Source of the DNA: Octopus vulgaris
Lineage: Eukaryota
Reading direction: 5' to 3'
NCBI GenBank assembly: GCA_951406725.2
Contig: OX597822.1
Coordinates: 42,966,001-43,030,000 of the forward strand
Length of the DNA: 64,000 nt
The position numbers were made by a program, and so were the translations under genes. The notes under the pieces were generated by a model. It made no database searches. It worked only from the letters and a program-made list of their open reading frames with translations, and was not told where the DNA came from. Of the stretch, positions 40,866 through 55,909 are shown in pieces (positions within the stretch are counted from its first letter, which is position 1; each line of letters begins with the position of its first letter).

Positions 40866-40929
40866 TAGCTAAGATATAGAAATTTATGAACAGCATCTCA
40901 AAGTTTTAAGAATACTACAGTTGTCCATG

Positions 40930-42518
<1,589 letters not shown>

Positions 42519-42719
42519 CAAATGAAGAAATTCATTGAACGCAGGAAGTTACTAAGAAATATGAATTATGAATTTTCGTCCAAAATAGAATGATGATTTT
42601 TATTGGCAATCACATTGACGATGTTGATATTTGTGTCGTTGGTTTTCGACTTCACATCAGTCTTGAGCGTGTACAGCCATGAACAAAGGCAATATCTAAC
42701 TGCGAAATATCTCATTGTC

Positions 42720-42928
42720 TAGGTGCAGGAGTGGCTTTGTGGTAAGTAAATTGCTTACCAACCACATGGTTCTGGGTTCAGTCCCACTGTGTGGAACCTT
42801 GGGCGAGTATCTTCTACTATGGCCTCGGGCCGACCAAAGATTTGTGTGTGAATTTGGTAGACGGAAACTGAAAGAAGCCCGTCGTAATTATGTATATATA
42901 CATGTATGTGTATATATATATAAATAAG

Positions 42929-42970
<42 letters not shown>

Positions 42971-42995
42971 CACACACGTATATATATGTATGTGC

Positions 42996-43027
<32 letters not shown>

Positions 43028-43180
43028 ATTTGTGTGTCTGTGTTTGTCCTTCCAGTAACACTTGACAACCGATGCTGGTGTGTTTACGTCCCCGTAACTT
43101 AGCGGTTCGGCAAAAGAGAGCGGCAGAATAAGTACTAGGCTTACAAAGAATAAGACCTGGAAACTGAAAGAATCCCGTCG

Positions 43181-43211
<31 letters not shown>

Positions 43212-43443
43212 GTGTCTGTGTGTGTGTATGTTTGTGTGTCTGTGTTTGTCCCCTAACATTGCTTGACAACCGATGCTGCTGTGTTTACCTCCGCGTACCT
43301 TAGCAGTTCGGCAAAAAAAGACCGATAGAATAAGTACTAGGCTTACAAAGAATAAACCCGGGGGTGGGGGCGATTTGCTCGACTAAAGGCGGTGCTCCAG
43401 CATTGCCGCAGTCAAATGACTGAAACAAGTAAAAGAGTAAAAG
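42720..43443 (+). mobile_element. SINE family A with a tandemly duplicated body
   Basis: The GGAAACTGAAAGAA..ACAAAGAATAA unit occurs twice (from ~42863 and ~43159). Confidence 0.85.
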
Positions 43444-43591
43444 ACTATATGTCGTAGTGCATATGTCGTTCTTTATATGTGAGATATCTATCATTATTAC
43501 TACATCTACATATGTTATTTATTTGATATATATATGTTCATATCTACTCCTTACGTGTGTACTAACACGCACGCACACACACACACACACA

Positions 43592-44180
43592 TTTGGTTGG
43601 CAAGAAAGTAACTTTGTTCTTCGCAAATAGATAGAATTACAATTTTTTTCAATGACTTTTATCAATGTTAAGATTTTTTCCTTTTGACATTTGATAGCCG
43701 TTACTTTTAACTTACTTTAGAAGCAAATAGCCTGGTATTTTATTTACAGCTGTTTGTTCAGTTTCAATTTTAACATGAAGTGCAAAAACGAATATTTTCG
43801 CCATATTTTGCTTTTCTATTTCCGCAAAGGCAAGAAAGCTGCCGAGGCTCACAAAGAGGTATGTGAAGTTTATGATGTTGATTGCTTAACAGAAGGCACA
43901 TGCCAGAAATGGTTTAAAAATTCAGTTTTGGAGATTTTTCAGTCAAAGATGACCAAAAATTCCGTTCTTGAGATTTTCACCAAAGATGACCTACTGAAGT
44001 TGATGATGATCGAATCAAAGCCATAATTGAATCTAATTGTCATATACCTGTGCGAGAGATTGCAGAGAGATTAAATGTAGCTCAAACAAAAATAGAAAAT
44101 CACTTAAAATGTCTTGGACTCGTTAAGAAGCTCAATATTTGGGTTCCAAATAGGTCGAAAGAGATTCACTTAACGCAACG
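43592..44180 (+). mobile_element. 5' half of a second mariner family (HTH region)
   Basis: MKCKNEYFRHILLFYFRKGKKAAEAHKEVC..CQKWF and LVKKLNIWVP; TIR-like TTGGTTGGCAAGAAAGT. Confidence 0.8.
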
Positions 44181-44314
44181 AAGAGAAAATAACGAATGTG
44201 TAGTAGCTAGTGATATATCATGGCGAATATATATATATATATATATATATAATTTACTCTGCTATGTATTGAGTACCTTATTTACTGTGGTTAACCCCGA
44301 CTCAACCCGGGACC

Positions 44315-44366
<52 letters not shown>

Positions 44367-44453
44367 TGTGTGAAATTTGATTTAGTATTTCTAAATTGAA
44401 TTTTTTCCATGTAAGTTAGGATTAATATTCCATCAAATAATAATAATAATTAT

Positions 44454-44508
<55 letters not shown>

Positions 44509-44520
44509 CACACACACGCA

Positions 44521-44590
<70 letters not shown>

Positions 44591-44593
44591 CTA

Positions 44594-44658
<65 letters not shown>

Positions 44659-44917
44659 TGAGGGAGATAAATTAATATTACTTTTAATATCAATTTAAAA
44701 CCAGTAGTCCAGCATTCAAAAAATCTGAGGAGTCAGAGAAAATTCAAATATATGTGTATATTGGCAGGGCTGGCCTGCTAGGTAGCCGGCCAGAATGCTA
44801 GAAAAAGATCATCAACGATCAAACTACAAGGGAAATTCTCTAGAGGAAGAATTCAGCGAACACCAGAACCAACTTTGGCGGGCAGGACATATGAAAAATT
44901 AAATAAATAACAGACTT

Positions 44918-44990
44918 AAATGCATACCTCGGTTTCGGTCTTAACAAAAGAATTACTTGCATAAGTGTCCGTGACTTCATCAGTACATTC
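44918..44990 (-). ncRNA. Minimal type-I hammerhead ribozyme motif inside a ~385-bp (TA)n-bounded element (44655-45040)
   Basis: GAATGTA-CTGATGA-aGTC..GACc-GAAA-C cgag G-TA-TGCATTT; 7-bp stem I and GUA cleavage triplet. Confidence 0.6.
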
Positions 44991-45038
44991 GGTCCTCGAG
45001 ATGCAAACCGCAAGACTAACCCCAGCTCTCTGTGTCAA

Positions 45039-45086
<48 letters not shown>

Positions 45087-45141
45087 AAATATTGAATTTC
45101 TAAATCTCTCGTAGAGACATGTACGGTGGTGGGGCGATAGA

Positions 45142-45357
45142 ATGGTTGTATACCTGTCAATCTAACAAGAACGTGACAGTAGTGGGTACACCACCGCTGT
45201 ATAGCCCTAGGAAGCATCGAACGCCTCCTGATAGGTTTGACACATTTTTTTTTTAAATGTGTCAAAGCTATCAGGAGGCGTTCGATGCTTCCAAGGGCTA
45301 TACAGCGGTGGTGTACCCCCTACTGTCACGTTCTTGCTAGATTGACAGTATACAACC

Positions 45358-45359
<2 letters not shown>
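45142..45359. repeat. 218-bp near-perfect palindrome (fold-back element)
   Basis: Arms of ~105 bp with few mismatches and a T7 loop at 45248-45254. Confidence 0.9.
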
Positions 45360-45443
<84 letters not shown>

Positions 45444-45445
<2 letters not shown>

Positions 45446-45770
45446 GGCGGAGAGCTGGTCGAGTCGTTAGCACGCTGGGGAAAATGCATAAAGTTATTTC
45501 GCCCGTCTTAACGTTCTGAGTTCAAATTCTGCCGAGGTCGACTTAGTCTTCCATGATTATATATACATATATCTCTTCTTTACCCATTTTAAATATATAT
45601 ATCGTCATTTGCAGGTAATATTAATTCTTATCTCAAATTCCGCCGCGGTCGACTTTGTCTTTCATCCTTTCCAGATCGGTAAATTAAGTACCAGTTACGT
45701 ACTGGGGCGATCTAATCGACTGGGCCCCTCCCCCAAAATTTCGGGCCTTGTGCTTAGAGTAGAAAAGAAT
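45444..45770 (+). mobile_element. Interrupted SINE family B
   Basis: Head at 45444-45555; core and Y tail at 45633-45770. Confidence 0.7.
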
Positions 45771-47471
45771 ATCAGTTCTCATCTAAATGTTATATATGCT
45801 GTTGTGTATATGTAGGATATCTGTCCTTAAGACAAATTAATGAGATAGAGAATGGTAAGGGTGGGTGCACATCAGGGGCGGGAGAGGTGAGAAGAGCTTG
45901 TGTGTGTGTGTGTCCGTGTGTGATAAGAGTTAGGCATCATCATCGACGTCGTCTTTTATTTCAATGACATCAGATAATGACTTTCACCATCATTCTGATT
46001 GTTGTCGCTATCAGCATTTTCAACCATGTCAACACCACCATCATCATCACCATCACAATCATCATCATAGTCATTATCATCATCATCATCAGCAGCAGCA
46101 TCGTTATCATCATGATCATCATGATCATCATCACTGTCGTCATCGCATTCAACATCACCATGAATGCCATCATCATTATCGTCATCCCGTTACTATCATC
46201 CTTATCCCCACACCGCCGTTACTACCCACTCACCGCCCCACCACCTTCATCGTTACCCTCCACCCTTGTCCTTTACAGTCACACAAACTTCCACCATCAT
46301 AATCTCTTCATTACTGAGCCTGTCAAAGAAAAGAGAGAGAAAAATCAAATAAAATAATAATAAAACCGATAATAATAATAATAATAATAATGATAATTTC
46401 TTTTTTTAAATAACAATAAAATCTTATTAAAACAATAACAAAGAATAATTATAATGATTAAAAAATGCTATCGAACCCTCTCTTTCTCCTCAACTATTCC
46501 CCCACCCGCCAAAACCCAATTTCACTGAAAGAATCCCGGTTCCTCAACATTCCTCCACATAACTCCGGTCAGTCCACCTCCTCCAAACATCCCCCAGCTC
46601 CTAGTACTCCCATACCATGATAATTCCAAGATGTCACCCTATCCACTCCTACCACCGTCATATCGTATCCTCTCTCTTCTGCTCTTAGTTAATACCAATT
46701 TTTTAATGAAGAGGCCACTCCACCGTTTTCTAGTCCCAGGGCTGTTTGAGTGTTTTCGATATGCGTGCTGTGTGCGTGTTGCGTTGGGGTTGTGGGCGTT
46801 TGTGATGTGTTACGTGTGTGTGTGTCTGTGTGTCTCAATGGTCCATTGTCGATCGTCCATTGTCCACTCGTCGTCGTTCATTGTTTGCTTGTCTGCCAGT
46901 AGCAGCAGTAACAGCGGCAGCGGCAGCATCACCTCCGTTACTGCCGCCACCGCCGCCACCACCACCACCACCACCACCACAACCCCCCCCCCCCCCCGAC
47001 CACGACGACCACCACCACGACCACCACCACGACCGCCACGACCACGACCACCACCACCACGACCACCACGACCACCACCACCACCACCACCACCGGCAAC
47101 TCTAGCAACTACCAATACTAGCAAAGAGCCAACGTTAACAACAAACCACCACCACCACCACTGCCACCAACACTACCATTGCCGCCACCCTCACCGTCGC
47201 CGTCGGCAGCACCACTGATGCTAAATACCAGTTCAACGACCGTATTACCACTCATACAACAATCTTCAACTTCGAATCCTTTTTATGGTCATTCGAAATG
47301 TTAAAAATAGCAGCTGTATCTCTCCCTTCTCATAACTTAGCATACCGCCTCAAAATAGAAAGAAATGTTGGATAACGTAGTCCAAAACACACATAAATAA
47401 CGGAATGGTCACTGTCGGAACGTATTTGAATATAGGTTAGTTCGATCAGCACAAACCTGTATTCAAACCTA

Positions 47472-47687
47472 TATTCTTTTCTACTCTAGGCACAAGGCTC
47501 GAAAGTTTTGGGGAGGGGACCAGTCGATTAGATCGACCCCAGTAAGCAACTGGTACTTAATCTATCGACCCCGAAAGGGTGAAAGTCAAAGTCGAGCTCT
47601 GCGGAATTTGAGCTCAGAACATAAAGACAGACGAAATATGCTAATCATTTCGCCGGGCATGCTAACGATTCTGCCAGTTCGCCGTCT
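47472..47687 (-). mobile_element. SINE family B monomer with Y-type tail
   Basis: Alignment with family B. Confidence 0.8.
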
Positions 47688-47796
47688 TATATTTGAACTT
47701 ATAATCACGATCAGCTGCGTGGCAGCCCATCGTACACATATGCGCGCATACATACATACATACATACATACATACATACATACATACATACATACA

Positions 47797-47831
<35 letters not shown>

Positions 47832-47832
<1 letters not shown>

Positions 47833-48240
47833 GGCTCAGGAGTGGCTGTGTGGTAAGTAGCTTGCTTACCAACCACATGGTTCGAGCTTCAGTCCCACTG
47901 TGTGGCACCTTGGGCAAGTGTCTTCTACTATAGCCTCGGGCCGATCAAAGCCTTGTGAGTGGATTTGGTAGAGAGAAACTGAAAGAAGCCCGTCGTGTAT
48001 ATGTATATATATATGTATGTGTGTGTTTATGTTTGTGCATCTGTGTTTGTCCCCCCCCCCACATCGCTTGACAATCGATGCTGGTCTGTTTACGTCCCCG
48101 TAACTAGCGGTTCGGCAAAAGAAACCGATGGAATAAGTGCTAGGCTTACAAAGAATAAGTCCTGGGTTGATTTGCTCGTCTAAAAGCGGTGCTCAAGCAT
48201 GGCCACAGTCACATGACTGAAACAAGTAAAAGAGTAAAAT
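47832..48240 (+). mobile_element. SINE family A, full-length
   Basis: Alignment with family A. Confidence 0.9.
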
Positions 48241-48254
48241 AGTATACATAAATG

Positions 48255-48535
48255 GTGGATTCTCCCGCTGAAGACGACGAATGAGCGTTCAACTTTTGCC
48301 GAACGACCTGCACAAATGATTTGGTGTGCCGCACATTAGCTCCCTCAGGCCATCTAATCGACGTTGTCTGAACAGGTGCACTGTGTGCCACGCGTCAGGT
48401 GTCGAAGTGACGGCAAATCAACGTGAGATGAAGTGTCTTGCTCGAGAAAACAACGCACCACCCAGTCTAGGAATTGAAACCATGATCTCGCGATCGTTAG
48501 TCCGATACACTAACCACTAGGCCATGTGCTGCCCT
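48255..48535 (-). mobile_element. tRNA-derived SINE with a CORE-like segment and a different body
   Basis: TGGCCTAGTGG A box, GTTTCAATTCC B box and CTCGAGCAAGACACTTCATCTCACGTTG. Confidence 0.65.
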
Positions 48536-48576
48536 CATTATACATACGTACTTACATACATAAATACATACATACA

Positions 48577-48611
<35 letters not shown>

Positions 48612-50099
48612 GTATATATAGTATATATATAATGTACAGGGTTGGCCAAAAGTCACCCGTCAGTAAATCAAAATTCCATAAATACGTAATATTCAATTTT
48701 ATTTAATTATTTTATATATTCAAGTCTCATAAAATAATTTCTGGTTTATGTCGCTAAGAAATAAACTGGGACATCGGATGATGAGAGCTAAAGGAAGATT
48801 ACCAAAAAAAAACCCCAAAAAAATGCACCATCAGAAGGAACCTTGGCATTTTACTCAGAGAAAATCTGTATCAGCCTGGATATTATATGTGTGTCTTTGT
48901 ATTTGTTCATCATCGCTTGACAACCGCTGGTGGTGTGTTTACGTCCTCGTGACTTAGCCGGTCGGCAAAAGATGTCGATAGAATAAATACCAGTAAAAAG
49001 AAATTAGTACTGGAGTCGATTCATTTAACTAAACTTCTTCAACAAGGCAGTGCCCCAGCAGGGCCACAACCTAATGGCTGAAACAAGTGAAAGATAAAAG
49101 ATGTGATTAAATGGAGAACTTGGCTGCATTTTCTAGCGCCTCATTTGAAGGAGTAAATGAGGGAGCCTCTATGCGATCGACTGATTTGCTAGAAATAAAC
49201 AGCTTCATTCTTCTCCAATCACATCTTGCATTTTTAGATAAAGTAGGACAAATTGGATCATGATATACAAGTTGATGGCACAGTCATGGTTGGAACGTCT
49301 TTCATCATCGCCCTGCTTACGAAGGATACACAAAGAACTGAAATATCAATATGGACATCTTTACTCATTTGCTACTGTAGTTGTTTTATTTCAAATATGT
49401 TATAAAACAGCAACTCGTGACTATCCAGAGCACACGCACACACATATAAATACATACACACACATCCATGGACATGAGAGAGAGAGACAGGCCACTTACT
49501 GCACTATGTACATATATATCGATATATATATATGTATATATGTATGTATGTATTTGTATATGTATATAAATATATATATAAATATATATATAATAAAAAG
49601 GAAAATGCACACAATTAACATAGATGTAATATATATTTTAAAATATTTTATAAGTGAAAGAATATTGTGTTTGTCGACGGTTTCGCTTTCGCTAATCATG
49701 ACAATGAAATTATTGTAATTTCGTATTTTCTTAAGAGTTTAGTCTATGTTCTTGTATAGAAGTTTGTACATGAATCAACAAGAAGAAAAATCTAAGGGGA
49801 GGTAATTGGTGGTCGTTATTATACAGGACAGGGAAAGAAATTGCTCATTCTTTTTGGGATGGGGATAAATAAATATACAAAAGCTCAAAAGCTAAAGTAG
49901 TGAGATGAAATATGTACAGTGGTGGGTATGTTATCATGAATTAAGTTGGTTATGCGTTCATATTGAGGCGTGTTCTGTATTTTTCGATAAATATATTTTC
50001 TATATTTAAACGTTCTTGTACAGAAATTGTTTCTTTGTACTGGTAGATTAGGAAAACGGTGGAGTTTGGTTGGATATTATTTGTATATCTCTCTATGTA

Positions 50100-50368
50100 T
50101 TCATTCAAAGGAATATGTCGGTTCTTTGGGAAACGGATCTTAATTCATGAGTAATGTTCGTGTCAAATTTGGAGGAAATCACTCGAAAAACCTGAGAATT
50201 ATGGGCAAAAAACTGGTTTTCTGAACAGTTATTGGCGGTGTTTGGTTATACGCAGAGTGGGGTGGGATATAAAGTGTCAAGTTTGGGTGAAATCGGTTGA
50301 AAAATGTGGAAACGTATAACGTGCATACACACACACAGACAGACACACGGTCATCTGTTTTATATATA
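50100..50368 (+). mobile_element. Possible non-autonomous Helitron/Helentron-like repeat
   Basis: CAAGTTTGGGTGAAATCGG..(ACAG)n..TTTATATATA organisation; related copy at 50620-50700. Confidence 0.35.
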
Positions 50369-50936
50369 CAAGGGTACTGATAAGTTCTTGATTTTGGGCA
50401 AAAGAAAATACAGGAGGGTCATTTAAGATTTTATTCAAAATATTCCCCTCTCAGATTCACATACAGTTAATCTAAGCTCTGTTCGTTATGATCGTTTGTG
50501 CCTGATGATTATGTTTGAGGTATTTCTCAAAATATGAAACTATTAGTAGCACATAAAAAAAACATGCATTGTGTCTATTAAATAATATATATATTATTAG
50601 TTTAAAACAGTCAATTAAGCATGGGTAATATTCTTGTCAAATTTGAACGGAATCGGTTTTGGTAACTGCGGAAGTTATTGGCAAAAAAACGAATTTTACG
50701 CAGTTTTTCGCAAACTTTTTTCATTCAATGGAGATTGACTTGACAAAAACCTAAGTTTACGAGAATCTCACGATCTGTTCACTGAAAAAAAATCCGTGCA
50801 GAACGGAATTTTGTCAGTGAACAGGTCGCGGTCTTAAAGCGCCGAAAATATTTTGGCAAATTAAATTTAAATGTTGAAGTGAATCAAACATTTTTTGCGT
50901 GTTTTTAAATGGCTTATAAACACCTTCCATGCTGCA

Positions 50937-51018
<82 letters not shown>

Positions 51019-51065
51019 CATAAATCAGTTAATTATGATTTTATTCGATATATTCTCTTCTCAGT

Positions 51066-51450
51066 GGAGGCGCAATGGCCCAGTGGTTAGGGCAGCGGAC
51101 TCGCGGTCATAGGATCGCGGTTTCGATTCCCAGACCGGGCGTTGTGAGTGTTTATTCAGCGAAAACACCTAAAAGCTCCACGAGGCTCCGGCAGGGGATG
51201 GTGGTGATCCCTGCTGTACTCTTTCACCACAACTTTCTCTCACTCTTACTTCCTGTTTCTGTTGTACCTGTATTTCAAAGGGCTGGCCTTGTCACTCTCT
51301 GTGTCACGCTGAATATCCCCGAGAACTACGTTAAGGGTACACGTGTCTGTGGAGTGCTCAGCCACTTACACGTTAATTTCACGAGCAGGCTGTTCCGTTG
51401 ATTCGGATCAACCGGAACCCTCGTCGTCGTAACCGACGGAGTGCTTCTAC
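51066..51450 (+). mobile_element. tRNA(Arg)-like SINE, family D
   Basis: A box TGGCCCAGTGG, B box GTTTCGATTCC, ~300-nt body and short (CTACT) tail. Confidence 0.75.
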
Positions 51451-52176
51451 TCTACTACTCAAATCTCTTCTCAGATTCAATCGCTTATTGTAGTGGTCCT
51501 TCAGCTTTTTAATCCCTATAAAATAACTCAGAAGGTTGAACCTCCAAATCGAGCCATTCATGATACCATTAAAGCCAGATACTCTTCAGCATCCCCTCGT
51601 ACACACACACACACACACAGGCACACAGACACAGACACAGGACAACACACACAAATACAAACACGCACACACACACAAATTATATTTGTGCTAAATTTTA
51701 CCAAGATTTTAGGTTACCATTTCATATCGCTTAATGAATGCACAACTGTCTTCTATAATTGTAGTTACGTGTTAGCATGGCGTGGCGTTGCAATTGATAA
51801 ACGATCAATTGCGATTAGAACGGATTCTGTCACAAGTATCATGGTGGGCAACTGAACAACGCTTAAATGAAATACATTCCGGATAGCGAAGATCTACGAG
51901 AAAGAATTACTACATTATCCTTCATTGAATTTAGGTCAGAATAGCCACGAGAGTTCGCGCGTAGATACGCATATAGACATATAACTGCACGTGCACACAC
52001 AAACACATTCACACACATACACACACATGCATACTTACATACATAATACGTACACACACACATATATATATACTTACATATATACACGTGCATATATATA
52101 TATATATATACAGACATACATGTATATATATATATTGTTATATATACAATCATATACGCATACGTTTTATAATAGG

Positions 52177-52207
<31 letters not shown>

Positions 52208-52282
52208 ATATACATATATATATATGCATATATTCATATATATATATGCATATATAGATGTATGTACGAATGCATATATGCA

Positions 52283-52319
<37 letters not shown>

Positions 52320-52987
52320 GTATAAAAATGTATGACTATATATACATATATAGATGTGTGTATACATATAAATACTTATATATGTATATATAGATGTATG
52401 TATATATAAATGCATATACATATATATAGAATGACCTATACACATCTTAATATTTTATACATATGAATATACATGCACACAAGGACAAGGACACACATAT
52501 AAACACAAGACAAACGATGACACTCATACACACACACATTTATGTATAAATTGACAGACCTGAATATATACACATATAGGCTTTCACATGTTGACAGACA
52601 CATTCACACATACGCACGCACATGCATGCACAAAACTGACAAGCATGCTTATGCACACATATACATCACATACATACACACTGAAATATGAAATACAAGA
52701 CACAAGATCACGCACATAAGCTTATGTATATATATATATAGACATAGCGACAGAAGCGTGCATAAACACACTTCAATTCACAGTGCAACCACCGCTAACT
52801 TTGGAGAGCTGTAATTCCAAGTAGACTTTATGCCGGGCTAAGGACACAAAATATTGTTGGTTGGTGGCGTTACGCGAACACATCATTCAGGTTTATCTAT
52901 CCTTAAATCCTTAAAACCCTTAAAAATGTTTTAGCCCGAAGACCGCGGCCATGCTGGGGCACCACCACTGAAGTAAAAAACTGCCTT

Positions 52988-53060
52988 CGCCCACAGGGGG
53001 ACACGAACCCACGACCCTCAGATTAAATGTCTGATGCTCTACCGACTGAGCTATGCGGGC
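52988..53060 (-). tRNA. tRNA-Lys(TTT)-like sequence, probably a pseudogene or SINE head
   Basis: 73-nt cloverleaf close to eukaryotic tRNA-Lys(UUU); deviations U33A, A58T and one T-stem mismatch; T6 run 7 nt downstream. Confidence 0.75.
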
Positions 53061-53232
53061 GCAGCAGCTATCTATATGATCACGTTGGCACTTAAAGAAA
53101 TACAACACCTACCCCTTCTACCTCCCTCTCCATCTTCTCCTTTTTCCTTCGTCCTCTCTCTCTCCCCTTCTCTCTATGCTCCCCACCACCACTCATTCAG
53201 CTCAGTTTTCCTACATTCCTTTTCCTCCAAAT

Positions 53233-53635
53233 AAGGCGGCGAGCTGGCAGAATTGCTAGCGCACCGGGCGAAATGCTTATCGACATTTCGTCTGCCGCTA
53301 TGTTCTGAATTCAAATTCCGCCGAGGTCGACTTTGCCTTTCATCCTTTCAGGGTCGATTAAATAAGTACTAGTTACGCACTGGGGTCGATATAATCGACT
53401 TAATCCGTTTGTCTGTCCTTGTTTGTCCCCTCTGTGTGTAGCCCCTTGTGGGTAGTAAAGAAATAGGTATTTCGTCTCTCTTTATGTTCTGAGTTCAAAT
53501 TCCGCCGAGGTCGACTTTGCCTTTTATCTTTTAGGGGTCGATAAATTAGGTACCAGTTGCATACTAGGGTCGATCTAATCAACTAATCCTCTATCCCCCC
53601 ACCAAATTTCGGGCCTTGTGCCTAGTGTAGAAAAT
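53233..53635 (+). mobile_element. SINE family B X+Y dimer with ~18-bp TSD
   Basis: ATTCCTTTTYCTCCAAAT on both sides; junction at 53465/53466. Confidence 0.88.
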
Positions 53636-54056
53636 ATTCCTTTTCCTCCAAATAAAAAAAATGAAATAACATAAAACATAATAAAATTAGATAAGAGGAC
53701 GGACAAGTGGCTGAGTGGGATTTTACTGTTGTATTTCCAACCGGCCTGTCTGCAGTTCGCGCCGTCTCTTTGGCAATGCTTGAAATTTCGTCATTGCCCA
53801 AAACATCAAAACATTTAACATAACATGTATGTATGTGTGAGGGCGCATAGCCTCGTGGTTGGGGCTATTGCACTCACAATCGCGAGACCATGGTTTCCAT
53901 TCCTGGACCGTAGCAATACGGAATCGTAAAATATAACTGCCAACTAAATGTAGCTGTCTCATAGAGGACGATGCTACACAGATCCAGAAACCCGGGTCTG
54001 TGTATATCACGTAAGGCTAGAGATGGAAACGATGATTCCCCTCGCAAATACTAATC

Positions 54057-54122
<66 letters not shown>

Positions 54123-55154
54123 GCTATACATGCACAGATGCACATATATGCCTATATATTTTCTACTCATTCGGAATCGGTAACAGTTGCTGCTAGATGT
54201 ATATTTGCCTTCTCTGCTACTAAATAAAAAAGCATTTAGTATGACTGTCTTTCTTGTTACCGTTCTAATTAATGTTGGTCATTTGAACTGTTTTCTTTGA
54301 CTCGTTTTCACTTTAATTTATGCAAATTATTGTAGGCCAATATAGTTTTCTATTGTTTAAGTATACACCTGTGTCTTATGTCTAGATACAGATATGGAAA
54401 AACAATACTGTTCTGAAGACGCCTATTGTGGGAGAAACACGAGTTCACATTCGTCTTTTACTCCCAGAAAAAATATCCAAACAAAAGATACCATCTTTTT
54501 ACTAATGGCATATTAATTCGTGAAAATTCTTGATTCTTTGAGACCATTTCGCTTTCAAAATTATTGCCGATAGACATCGCTGCTAGGAGTCTGTTTATCT
54601 CCTCTCAGAATAAAGATAATTTCAATTACTCAAGAATTTATTTTCTATAGTATTCAGTTATGTTTCTTCAGCAATTTCTTCAGCCAAATTGATGCTAGTG
54701 GCCATTTTGTGTTGTCTTTTCATTTCTTTGTTCTGTACTCAATACACTCACAAACGCACGCACACATAACCACATGGCACATATACACACACAACAAATA
54801 CACACACAGCACACGTGACACAAATACACACCCAGCACACACAACTTACACACATTCAAACGTTCACACACAAAATAAATGCCGAACTTCTCAGAATAGC
54901 CAAAAATATTTCATGTGTAAACGATTTGAAAAGAAATCGATTAGAAAGGCAAAAACATTATACAAATCCGAATATTGAAATATTTGACACGCGTGTTTGT
55001 GTGTGTATTTCTATACATACATACATACATACATACATACATACATACATACATACATACATACATACATGAATATGTATATATACATACAGGAATATAT
55101 ATATATACATACAGGAATATATATATATACATATATATATGCATATATATTTAT

Positions 55155-55187
<33 letters not shown>

Positions 55188-55271
55188 CATATATGTATAT
55201 TTGTGTATATATGTATATACGTATATATATAGATATGTATATATATATGTATGTATGTAAATATATATATG

Positions 55272-55325
<54 letters not shown>

Positions 55326-55400
55326 ACTTGTCTATCTATTAATTTCACTCTTCAGTTATGATAAGATGAACAAAAATGTGCTACATCCAGTGTGAGATAA

Positions 55401-55544
55401 ATATTATTTAACGTACACTGTATTAAAATCAGAGCTACTAATAGTTTCTTGCCATTAAGACACGTAAATAGGCTTAACCACGTGTCTCAATGGCAAGAAA
55501 CTGTTAGTAGCTCTGATTCTAATGCAGTTTGCATTAAATAATAT
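55401..55544. repeat. 144-nt hairpin-forming inverted repeat
   Basis: Arms of ~65 bp with mostly transition mismatches and a 14-nt loop. Confidence 0.85.
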
Positions 55545-55556
55545 GTGTGTGTATGA

Positions 55557-55619
<63 letters not shown>

Positions 55620-55623
55620 ACTA

Positions 55624-55756
<133 letters not shown>

Positions 55757-55776
55757 ATATCTATCTATCTATCTAC

Positions 55777-55878
<102 letters not shown>

Positions 55879-55909
55879 GTTTCTCTCTCTCTCTTTCTCT
55901 CTCTCTCTA

